From Rhodospirillales bacterium (GTDB lineage: Bacteria; Pseudomonadota; Alphaproteobacteria; Rhodospirillales; UBA2165): a DNA stretch of 64,000 bases. The translations under genes were made by a program, and so were the position numbers. The notes below the pieces were generated by a model. That model was given only the letters and a program-made list of their open reading frames with translations, did not search any database and had not been told where the DNA came from. Every line of letters begins with the position of its first letter. Within the stretch, counting starts at the first letter, position 1. Below, piece by piece: positions 46,211 to 53,910 of this stretch. The DNA lies in assembly GCA_030745835.1 (NCBI GenBank), contig JASLNU010000113.1, positions 1,361 to 65,360 of the forward strand, in the 5' to 3' direction.

Positions 46211-46744
46211 TCACCCCGCCGCCTGCAACCCAATCGCCCTTGTGAATACCTGCATGCCGTAGTGGAAGGCGATGAAGCCGCCGAGTTCCATGATCTCGGC
46301 TTCCGAATAATGGGTCTTGCCTTCGTCGTAGAAGGCTTTGTCCAGTTTCTTGGGTTCGGTGTACATGAGCCTGGCGTAGGAAAGCGCCCATTTTTCGGCC
46401 GCATTGAATCGGTCGTCATTTTCGAAATCGTCCGAGCCGGCGTCGATCACCTCCTCGGTAAGCCCGGCTTCGGCGGCTTGTTTGGAACGCTGGTTTTCGA
46501 AATAGGGGTCTTCGGCCTGGCGCGCCAATTGAATGCGGATGATTTCCTTTAATTTATGATCCACATTGCCGTCCGCGTGGCTGTGGGTGAGGGCATCGAA
46601 CAGGGCCTCGGCGTAGTTCGGCACCTGGCCCACCAGGCGGATGAAGTTTTCGTCGACGCCGCCCAGTTCCTCGGCCCGCGCGCGCATCTTATCGAACTTG
46701 TCGCTATCCGGCTGGCCCAAGGGGAGGAGGTTCACATAAGCCAT
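46211..46744 (-). CDS. carboxymuconolactone decarboxylase (CMD/AhpD-like) family protein, no redox Cys motif
   Basis: DHKLKEIIRIQLARQAEDPYFENQRS...YSEAEIMELGGFIAFHYG. Paralogue of the upstream gene. The position of the CxxC motif reads DPYF. Confidence 0.8.
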   Translation of the reverse strand: MAYVNLLPLGQPDSDKFDKMRARAEELGGVDENFIRLVGQVPNYAEALFDALTHSHADGNVDHKLKEIIRIQLARQAEDPYFENQRSKQAAEAGLTEEVIDAGSDDFENDDRFNAAEKWALSYARLMYTEPKKLDKAFYDEGKTHYSEAEIMELGGFIAFHYGMQVFTRAIGLQAAG

Positions 46745-46753
46745 TGCCGCCTC

Positions 46754-47410
46754 CTATTCCGCTGCTTCATCGGGCGTGGTGGCCCGCTGCGTGGGGCCGT
46801 TCAGATGCGAAGTCGGCGTGTCGCCATAGATGCGCCGCGATTCGTCTTGGCTGACCAGCCGCCCGTCGGGGGTGAACATCGGGTAGAAATCGAGGCTGCC
46901 GAAAAATGTGTGGTAGCCGATATTGAAGCCGATATAGGCGCCGAGCTCGATAATCTCGGCTTCCGAATAGTGTTCGCCGAGCGCGTCATAGATTTCCGGG
47001 CCGATCTTGTCCGGCGCGTTGGCCATCATGTCGGAATAGCGCAAGGCCACCCGCTCGGCATCGCTGAGCTTGCCGCTGGTCTCAAAATTATCGATACCTT
47101 CGTCGATGATGTCTTCCGTCAAACCCTGCTGCTTCGCCGAAGCAGACCGGACATTGCCTCAATAATTACAATCGGCCATGCGCGACAGTTGGACGCGGAT
47201 GATCTCTTTCAGCTTGTGATCGACGGCGCCGGTGGAAAACACCGTGCCCCAGGCGATATACATGGATTTCGACAGCTCCGGATTGTGACCCATCATGGCG
47301 TGGAAGGCCGGGTCCGGCGCCCGGTGCCTGAGGCATTTCTTGATGAACGGCTTCAACGGCCCCTTTTGCAGCTCGTCCACATTGAGCATGGTGATATTCG
47401 GCATGGCCAA
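46754..47410 (-). CDS. CMD/AhpD-like family protein with in-frame TGA at 47159-47161 (selenocysteine candidate, or pseudogene)
   Basis: ORFs 47159-47410 and 46754-47122 are in the same frame. Read-through gives ...DHKLKEIIRVQLSRMADCNY[TGA]GNVRSASAKQQGLTEDIIDEG..., i.e. C-N-Y-U at the family CxxC position. Hairpin CUGCUU-CGGCG-AAGCAG starts 13 nt after the UGA. Confidence 0.5.
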
Positions 47411-47642
47411 TCCCTTTGTCAGTTGTGGTCCTTTTCCGTTTCAGGCGCGGTGGATACATGAATAACGCCCGGCATGGCGGTTTAATCCGTGATCGGCATC
47501 GATCATGCCGGATTTCCTAGGGCACCATCAAGGCCCGTGGGCCCGCGGCCGGTGCCCGTGCGGCTGCATCGATCCTTGTAATTTCGGCGCCCGGCTGGTC
47601 ACATGCGCCTCGGAGGGGCTTCAATGGCATCGACGGGGTCTA

Positions 47643-47907
47643 GTGGCCTGTGTCATCTAATTTGCATCCCTACGACGGTGTTGCAAGGTTTCCGGCGAGG
47701 AGCGCGCCGCGCCGTGGTGCCAATCCACCACAAGGGGTGCGCGACGATGTTCGGGAGCCTTGCAACGCCGCCCTCTGGGTCGCTTTTCCCGTTCCCTCGG
47801 GGTGTCGAAAGGGCTTGCCGATGGGCACCGCATCGCCGGCGCCCTTTCTCCTACCGAGGAAACGGGAAAAACGATCGTAGGGGTGCAAATTAGATGACAC
47901 AGGCCAC
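47643..47907. mobile_element. MITE-like element (265 bp) with 33-bp terminal inverted repeats flanked by TA
   Basis: Left end TA|GTGGCCTGTGTCATCTAATTTGCATCCCTACGA (47641-47675). Right end TCGTAGGGGTGCAAATTAGATGACACAGGCCAC|TA (47875-47909). One mismatch. The interior holds two further long hairpins (GGTGTTGCAAGG/CCTTGCAACGCC; TTCCCGTTCCCTCGG/CCGAGGAAACGGGAA). No transposase. Confidence 0.6.
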
Positions 47908-48793
47908 TAAGTCTGGACAAGGTTTCGGCATCGCCGTGGCGCTTGGCGCGGCGGTCTGTTTCGGCCTTGCCAACACGATCGCCGGCGTCGCCTATGCCGG
48001 CGGCAGCGACCCGACATCGGTCTCCGGCAGCCGCTTCGTTTTGCCCATCCTTATTCTCGCCGCCTTCGCCTATTTGCGCAAAATCCCTCTCGCCCTGCCC
48101 CGGCGCGAGGCTGCCTGGGCCCTGGCCCTTGGGGTGATCACGGCGCTCTACACCCTTGCCCTCCTGAGCGCCATTAACCTTTTGCCGGTGGGAATCGCAA
48201 TCCTGGTTTTTTACCTGTTTCCCATTTTGACCGCCTTTATCGCCGCCATCATGGGTTGGGTACCGCTTGGGCTTCGGACGGCGGGCGCGGCGGTGGTTGC
48301 GCTGGCCGGCCTTACCTTCGCCCTCGGCGTGCGTATCGAGGACTATGATCCCTGGGGAATTTCGCTTTCGGCGTTGGGGGCGCTGGGTCTGGCCATTGTC
48401 TCGGCGGTCAGCGGCCGGGTCATCGCCAACTCGGATCCCATGCGCGCCACATTCTATATGGCGGTGGGCGCGCTAATTCCACTTTTATTCGTTGTCTTCG
48501 CCGCCGGCGGCTTCAATCGGCCCGAATCCCAAACCGGATGGCTCGGCCTCGTCTTCACCAACATATTCTATGCCTTTGCGATGATCGGTTATTTCGTCGC
48601 CATCGGCCGCGTCGGCGCGCCGATGACCACCACCCTGTCGAACCTGGAGCCGCTGGTCGCCATCACCGCCGCCTTCCTTTTGCTCGGCCAATCTCTGGCG
48701 CCGCTGCAACTGGCCGGCGCGGCGGTCGTCGTCGGCGCGCTCATTTTTGCCGCGTACCCGAGGCGGGTGGCGGCAGAAGCGGCGAGCAGTTAA
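47894..48793 (+). CDS. DMT superfamily (EamA-like) transporter
   Basis: 299 aa, about 10 hydrophobic segments, two EamA-like halves. The ATG and first ~5 codons lie inside the right inverted repeat of the MITE, so the start is uncertain (next in-frame GTG at 47936). Confidence 0.75.
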   Translation: MTQATKSGQGFGIAVALGAAVCFGLANTIAGVAYAGGSDPTSVSGSRFVLPILILAAFAYLRKIPLALPRREAAWALALGVITALYTLALLSAINLLPVGIAILVFYLFPILTAFIAAIMGWVPLGLRTAGAAVVALAGLTFALGVRIEDYDPWGISLSALGALGLAIVSAVSGRVIANSDPMRATFYMAVGALIPLLFVVFAAGGFNRPESQTGWLGLVFTNIFYAFAMIGYFVAIGRVGAPMTTTLSNLEPLVAITAAFLLLGQSLAPLQLAGAAVVVGALIFAAYPRRVAAEAASS

Positions 48794-49335
48794 TAACGGG
48801 CGTAGACCTTGGCGCCGCCGATGTCGTCGAAAATCAGAACCTCATAGGGTTCCTTGTCGGCGCCTTCCATGCCGGGCGAGCCGCCGGGCATGCCGGGCAC
48901 CGCCAACCCGCGGGCGGATGGCTTCTCTTTCAAGAGGCGCTTGATGCTGTCGGCGGGGACATGGCCTTCGATGGTGTAACCTGACACGAACGCCGTGTGG
49001 CAGGATTGCAGGCTTTCATGGACGCCTCCCATCCTCTTGATAAGATCCAGATGCGCCAGATCCTTGACCTTGACGGCAAAGCCGTTGCGCTTGAGGTGAT
49101 CCACCCAATCGCCACAGCAGCCGCAGGTCGCGGTCTTGTAGACCTGGATTTCCGGTGTTTCGCCGGTGATCGCCACCGTCAAACCCCAGGCGCCGCCGGC
49201 AAGCAACACGGCCACGATGCCCGCCATGATCCAGGTTCGCGGCCTCGCATACCAGTGCCTGGGCGGCGCGGCCTCGGCCTCGTTATCAGATTTGGTTCTT
49301 TTCTTGCGGCGGGGCCGTTTCCTGGCTTTGGCCAT
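48790..49335 (-). CDS. DUF411 family metal-binding protein (CopG-like, copper homeostasis associated)
   Basis: TATCGCCGDWVDHLKRNGF...SCHTAFVSGYTIEGHVPADSIKRLL...GLAVPGMPGGSPGME is the DUF411 pattern. TM/signal segment IMAGIVAVLLAGGAWG. Start uncertain (49335 chosen; ORF extends to 49389). Confidence 0.7.
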   Translation of the reverse strand: MAKARKRPRRKKRTKSDNEAEAAPPRHWYARPRTWIMAGIVAVLLAGGAWGLTVAITGETPEIQVYKTATCGCCGDWVDHLKRNGFAVKVKDLAHLDLIKRMGGVHESLQSCHTAFVSGYTIEGHVPADSIKRLLKEKPSARGLAVPGMPGGSPGMEGADKEPYEVLIFDDIGGAKVYARY

Positions 49336-49451
49336 GCCATGACCTCCGGGTCCGCGGCGCAGCGTCCGCCGCTTCCGATCGACGCTCACCCTAGGCCTTT
49401 TCGCCGTTTTCGTCGTTGATGCCGGTCAAAACCCCCGATCACGCACACGAA

Positions 49452-49485
49452 ATAACCCGGCCGCCTTGCGGGGGCCGGGTTTTTC
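49452..49485 (-). terminator. stem-loop terminator downstream of the LeuA/HMGL-family gene
   Basis: AACCCGGCC-N10-GGCCGGGTT with T/A runs on both sides (bidirectional shape). Lies 20-50 nt past the stop at 49504 on the minus strand. Confidence 0.5.
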
Positions 49486-49503
49486 GTGGACGTAGTTTCC
49501 GCG

Positions 49504-50733
49504 TCAGTCGGCCAGCGTATCCTCGGTCAATTTGCGGAACTCGTCGTCATCCATCAGGCGCTTGTGCACAAGACCCCAATCCTTGACCGCCATCAGTACT
49601 TCCATGGCCTGCTCGTCGGTATATCGGATCTGGTACTTGTCCATATAGTGTTTGACGTTGTCGATGCCGCAACCCTTGCCGATCACGGCGATCGGGTTTT
49701 CCTGGCCGACCATGGTCGGGCGGAACGGCACGACGGTGGTCAAATCCTCTTCGAGCCCGCAATTCAACAGCCAGGTGGCGATGATGCCGCTTTCGATCTT
49801 GAAAATATCATCGCCGACGATCGGCCGGTTGCCCAGAATGGTGGCGCCGGATATTTCGGCCACCATGTCGGCCAGCGGCTTCAGCTTTTCGGTCTTGATG
49901 CCGACATCGATGTCGTAAAGGGTCAACAGCGCCATCACCGTTTCTTCCATCGGCACGTTGCCGGCGCGCTCGCCAAGGCCGAGGACGGTGGACTGGATCA
50001 CCTCGACGCCTTCGGAAAGGGCGACGATGGTGTTGGCGACGCCAAGCCCGAAATCCATGTGGAAGTGGGCTTCCAAGGGCACGTCCGGGAAACGGGATTT
50101 CACGGCGCGCACGAAATAGGGCATCGCGTGGATCGAGGTGACGCCCATGGTATCGACCAGCGCGAGGCCGTCCATGTGACCTTCATTGCCGACCTTCTCG
50201 ACCAGGTCGATCACCCATTTCAATTCCGAGCGGGTGAAGTCGATCGGGAAGAAGACCACCTCGAGGCCCTGGTCATGGGCATATTTGGTGGCTTCGATGG
50301 AAAGATCGATGGCCCGCTCCAGCTCCCAGCGATAGCCTTTTTCGATCAAATGCTGGCTCGCCGGGACTTCCATGATGACGCCGCCGACACCGGCATCGAC
50401 GGCGCGCTTGACGTCGTCGACCATGCAGCGGGCGAAGGAATAAATCTTCGGGCCGAAATCGCGCTTGGCCAGATCCTGAACGACGCGGGCGTCATCGCGG
50501 GACACCACCGGCATGCCCGCCTCGATGCGGTGGACGCCGGCTTCCGCCAGGCCCTCGGCGATGCGGATTTTGTCGTCGTAGTCGAAAGCGAGGCCGGCTT
50601 GCTGTTCGCCGTCGCGCAGGGTGACATCATGAATTTGGATTTTCTCAGGGAACTTCCAATCCTTGGTCACTTCGGGGGCGAAGTTCCAGGGGCTGGTGTG
50701 CCAATTTTCATTAAGCCAGGGTGTGTCGCTCAT
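49504..50733 (-). CDS. HMGL-like (pyruvate carboxyltransferase) domain protein of the isopropylmalate/homocitrate/citramalate synthase family
   Basis: IHDVTLRDGEQ signature, HFHMDFGLGVANT, LGLGERAGNVPMEE. About 410 aa without a LeuA regulatory domain. Start at ATG 50733 behind AGGAGG. Confidence 0.75.
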   Translation of the reverse strand: MSDTPWLNENWHTSPWNFAPEVTKDWKFPEKIQIHDVTLRDGEQQAGLAFDYDDKIRIAEGLAEAGVHRIEAGMPVVSRDDARVVQDLAKRDFGPKIYSFARCMVDDVKRAVDAGVGGVIMEVPASQHLIEKGYRWELERAIDLSIEATKYAHDQGLEVVFFPIDFTRSELKWVIDLVEKVGNEGHMDGLALVDTMGVTSIHAMPYFVRAVKSRFPDVPLEAHFHMDFGLGVANTIVALSEGVEVIQSTVLGLGERAGNVPMEETVMALLTLYDIDVGIKTEKLKPLADMVAEISGATILGNRPIVGDDIFKIESGIIATWLLNCGLEEDLTTVVPFRPTMVGQENPIAVIGKGCGIDNVKHYMDKYQIRYTDEQAMEVLMAVKDWGLVHKRLMDDDEFRKLTEDTLAD

Positions 50734-50906
50734 CAATCTTCCTCCTGAATAATCCGCCTGAAAATCTACTGGGCGGTGAGAGCTCAATACGCTGAAATTT
50801 TATTCTTATACCGGGTCCAGATGCGAAGCGGCGCGCACCATAGGAGGCGCGGGTGTGACTGTCAACGCGGCCAATTTGATCCCTAAGCAACCAACCGGTA
50901 ACCCCT

Positions 50907-51656
50907 TTAAACCGCCGTGTACCCGCCGTCGATCAAGAGATCGGTTCCGGTCATGAAAGACGATTCATCGCTGGCCAGGAATACCGCGCCCGCCGCCATT
51001 TCGTGCGTTTCGCCGAGGCGGTCAAACAATGTAGAAGCGTGGGCGTGGGCTTCCGCCTCGTTCGGCCATTGGCTGAAGAAGCGGGCGTCGGCGGTCGGCC
51101 CAGGCGACAGAGTATTGGCGCGGATGTTTTGCGCGGCATGGTCCACCGCCAGCGCCTTGGCAAGGCTCAGAAGCGCGCCCTTTTGCGAAGCGTACCAGGC
51201 GCGCCCCGGTTTCGGCGCCCGCGCCAATTGCGAAGCAACCAGGATGATCGAACCGCCGCCGCCCCCGGCCATCACCGGAATGGCATGTTTCAACAACAGG
51301 AACACACCGGTCAGATTGACGTCGATGGAACGCCGCCAATCTTCAAGCGGCAATTCGGTGACCGGCAGGTAGGGCACGTCCAGATGCGCGCTGGTGACGA
51401 TTGTCGAAAGGCCGCCGAACTCGCCTTTCGCTGTTTCCACCAGTTGTGCGGCGTAGGCTTCTTCGGCCGCGTCTCCCGCTACGCCGATGGCCCGCCCGCC
51501 CGCGTCCCGGATTCCGGACACGGTATTGCTCAGCGCCTCTGCGTTGATGTCGGCGCAGACCAGGTTGGCGCCCTCGGCGGCGAAAGCCCGGCAGACGGCT
51601 TCGCCGATACCGCCGCCCGCCCCGGTGACGATGGCGGTTTTCTCATTCAAGCGCAT
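50907..51656 (-). CDS. SDR family oxidoreductase
   Basis: KTAIVTGAGGGIGEAV, and YASQKGAL (YxxxK). Start at MRLNEK (51656). Confidence 0.85.
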   Translation of the reverse strand: MRLNEKTAIVTGAGGGIGEAVCRAFAAEGANLVCADINAEALSNTVSGIRDAGGRAIGVAGDAAEEAYAAQLVETAKGEFGGLSTIVTSAHLDVPYLPVTELPLEDWRRSIDVNLTGVFLLLKHAIPVMAGGGGGSIILVASQLARAPKPGRAWYASQKGALLSLAKALAVDHAAQNIRANTLSPGPTADARFFSQWPNEAEAHAHASTLFDRLGETHEMAAGAVFLASDESSFMTGTDLLIDGGYTAV

Positions 51657-51782
51657 GACAAGCTCCCCCAAATCTTAGTCCGTTCGACGCCGTTCTAGAT
51701 GCTCCCGGCGGCTTTGCAAGAATATAACCGATTCACTATGCTGGAAACCGTGGGCATAATTCCATGCCCGCAGGGGGTGACC

Positions 51783-52643
51783 ATGACAGGCATATTCGCC
51801 GGAAAATTCGATCGCGAGACCATCAATGCCCGCTTGGCTGGCGAACGGGACGCGGGCCGCGCCATCTATGACGCCCTTTGCGGGACCGGAATTACGGCCA
51901 AGATGGCGGCGCGCGGCGGCGCCGACCTGGTGACCACCCACGATCTCGCTTATTTCCGCATGCAGGGCCTGTCCTCGATGGCCGGTTACTTGCCGATCGG
52001 CGACGCCAACGCCATCACCCTTGAACTTGGCGAACGGTTCCTGATCAATGTGGTGTCCGAATGCCCGGTGATCGCCGGTATTCTCGGCGTTGATCCGACC
52101 CGCGACATGCGCCGCTTCATCGATAGGCTGGTGGCCGCCGGTTACGACGGCATCATGAACTGCCCGACGGTGGCCCTGATCGACGGTAAGTTCCGGAGCG
52201 ATCTGGAAGAAACCGGCCTGGGTTATGCGAAAGAGGTGGAGGCGCTGGGCTATGCATCGGCGCGCGGCATCTTTACCAAGGCCTTCTGCACCTCGGTCGA
52301 CGAGGCCCTGGCCATGGCCGAGGCCGGCGTCGACAACATCATTGTGCATTTCGGCAATTCCTCGGGCGGCAGCACCGGCTCGCAGACGGTGATGGCGGAC
52401 GACAGCGCCATCTCGCGCGCCGCCGGAATCTGCGATGCGCTGGCCGCCAAGCATGGCGGCCTGATCGTGACCTGCCACGGCGGGTCGATCGAAACGCCCG
52501 CCGACTTCGCCGGCTTCCTCGCAGCCGAGCCGCGCCTCGACGGCTATGTGGGCGGCTCGTCCGCCGAACGTTTTCCGATCGAGGCATCGGTACCCAAGGC
52601 GGCCGAGGGCTTCAAGAGCGTCCGCCTTCCGGGCCGGGGCTGA
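51783..52643 (+). CDS. PEP-hydrolase-like TIM-barrel protein (Tm-1 C-terminal-domain family)
   Basis: GTGITAKMAARGGADLVTTHDLAYFRMQG...GYDGIMNCPTVALIDG...VHFGNSSGG matches my recollection of the PEP_hydrolase family that pairs with UPF0261. Start at ATG 51783. Confidence 0.65.
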   Translation: MTGIFAGKFDRETINARLAGERDAGRAIYDALCGTGITAKMAARGGADLVTTHDLAYFRMQGLSSMAGYLPIGDANAITLELGERFLINVVSECPVIAGILGVDPTRDMRRFIDRLVAAGYDGIMNCPTVALIDGKFRSDLEETGLGYAKEVEALGYASARGIFTKAFCTSVDEALAMAEAGVDNIIVHFGNSSGGSTGSQTVMADDSAISRAAGICDALAAKHGGLIVTCHGGSIETPADFAGFLAAEPRLDGYVGGSSAERFPIEASVPKAAEGFKSVRLPGRG

Positions 52644-52650
52644 CCGGTAA

Positions 52651-53910
52651 ATGCCAGATAGTTTGACGCGTGGCCCCAACATCGCCGTTCTTGTCACCCT
52701 CGACAGCAAGGATGCCGCCGCCCGCTTCATCTGTGAAGTTTTGCGGGGACTCGGCGCGGAACCCTGGTTGGTCGATCCGTCGCTGCGTCCCCACGATATC
52801 GCGGGCGCCAATCTCGGCGGCGGCGAACTGGCCGAATTGTCCGGCACCAGCTGGAACGCGATGGCCGGGATGGAGCGGTCGGAAGCCGCCGAAACCATGA
52901 TTATCGGCGCCACCCGGGCGCTGCTGGACAAATATGAAGCCGGCGGCATCGATGGCGTCATCGGTATCGGCGGGGCCAACGGGTCCACCGTTTTCTGCGC
53001 CATGATGCGCGCCCTGCCGCCCCTCTTTCCGAAGGTGATGGTGACGCCGGTGGCGGCAACGGCGGCGGTGCAATGGTATGTGGCGGAAAGCGACATCGCC
53101 ATGTTCCCGACCATCGGCGATATCGTTCTCAACCGGGTGACGCGCGCGGTCATGGAAAACGCCGCCCACGCGGTGGTCGGCATGGCCGAGGCCCATAGGG
53201 CGCGCGCCGGACGCGATGATGACAGCCCGCCGCTGGTCGGCGTCTCGTCGTTCGGCAATCTGCAAAAATGCGTCGACCGGGTGACCGACCGGCTTGAGGC
53301 CGAGGGCTTCGAGGTGATGCATTTCCATGCTTCGGGACCCGGCGGCAAGGCATTGGAAAATCTGGCCGGCAGGGGGCTTTTGGCCGGGGTGATCGATATT
53401 ACCACCTCGGAATTGACCGATCTCTTGACCGGCGGCGTTTATTCGGCGGGCGATGGGCGGCTGAAATCGGCGGGCGCGGCGGGCCTGCCCCAGGTGGTGG
53501 CGCCGGGCGCCATCGATCATACCAATTGGTGGGTGGGCGAATGCCCGGAACGCTATCGGGACCGGGAATTCTATCAATATAATGTCGAGATCCTGCTGAT
53601 GCGCACCAACGCCGAGGAAATGACCACCCTTGGCGAATTGTTCGCCGAGCGCCTGAACGCCGCCGCCGGGCCGGTCACGGTGATGATCCCTACCCAAGGT
53701 TTCAGCCAGCATGTGATTCGCAAGACCCAGGATATCGACGGCAATGTGGTCGGCGAATGGAAGCAGCCCGAAACCGACCGCCGGTTCACCGAAGCGGTGC
53801 GGGCAAAGCTCAGCCATGGCGCCGTGAAAGAGCTTGATCTGCATATCAATGACGACGCCTTCGCCGATGCCTGCGTCGATGAGTTTCTGTCGATGATGGC
53901 GCGGCAATGA
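52651..53910 (+). CDS. UPF0261 family protein (Tm-1 N-terminal-domain-like, ATP-binding)
   Basis: IAVLVTLDSKDAAARFI N-terminus, IGIGGANGSTV, HFHASGPGGKALE. 419 aa. Immediately follows its usual TIM-barrel partner. Confidence 0.7.
   Translation: MPDSLTRGPNIAVLVTLDSKDAAARFICEVLRGLGAEPWLVDPSLRPHDIAGANLGGGELAELSGTSWNAMAGMERSEAAETMIIGATRALLDKYEAGGIDGVIGIGGANGSTVFCAMMRALPPLFPKVMVTPVAATAAVQWYVAESDIAMFPTIGDIVLNRVTRAVMENAAHAVVGMAEAHRARAGRDDDSPPLVGVSSFGNLQKCVDRVTDRLEAEGFEVMHFHASGPGGKALENLAGRGLLAGVIDITTSELTDLLTGGVYSAGDGRLKSAGAAGLPQVVAPGAIDHTNWWVGECPERYRDREFYQYNVEILLMRTNAEEMTTLGELFAERLNAAAGPVTVMIPTQGFSQHVIRKTQDIDGNVVGEWKQPETDRRFTEAVRAKLSHGAVKELDLHINDDAFADACVDEFLSMMARQ

Noticed and set aside
47641-47909. 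The structured 269-nt region considered as a cobalamin riboswitch (GGTGCCAATCCACC resembles part of the B12 core) or a 6S-type RNA
   Set aside because: I could not find the other conserved B12-box elements. A 35-bp nearly perfect terminal helix is far more regular than functional RNA closing stems. The TA-flanked inverted ends fit a MITE better. A covariance-model scan (Rfam) would settle it.
47603-47920. Four small ORFs (76-96 aa), two of them starting with the identical peptide MSSNLHPYD on opposite strands
   Set aside because: The identical N-termini come from the terminal inverted repeats of the MITE-like element. The translations are Arg/Pro/Gly-rich with no protein-like features.
51675-53907. 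576-aa and 431-aa minus-strand ORFs overlapping the UPF0261 and TIM-barrel genes
   Set aside because: These are antisense high-GC artefacts with Arg/Ala/Gly/Pro-rich translations. The plus-strand genes have recognisable family motifs and coupled starts and stops.
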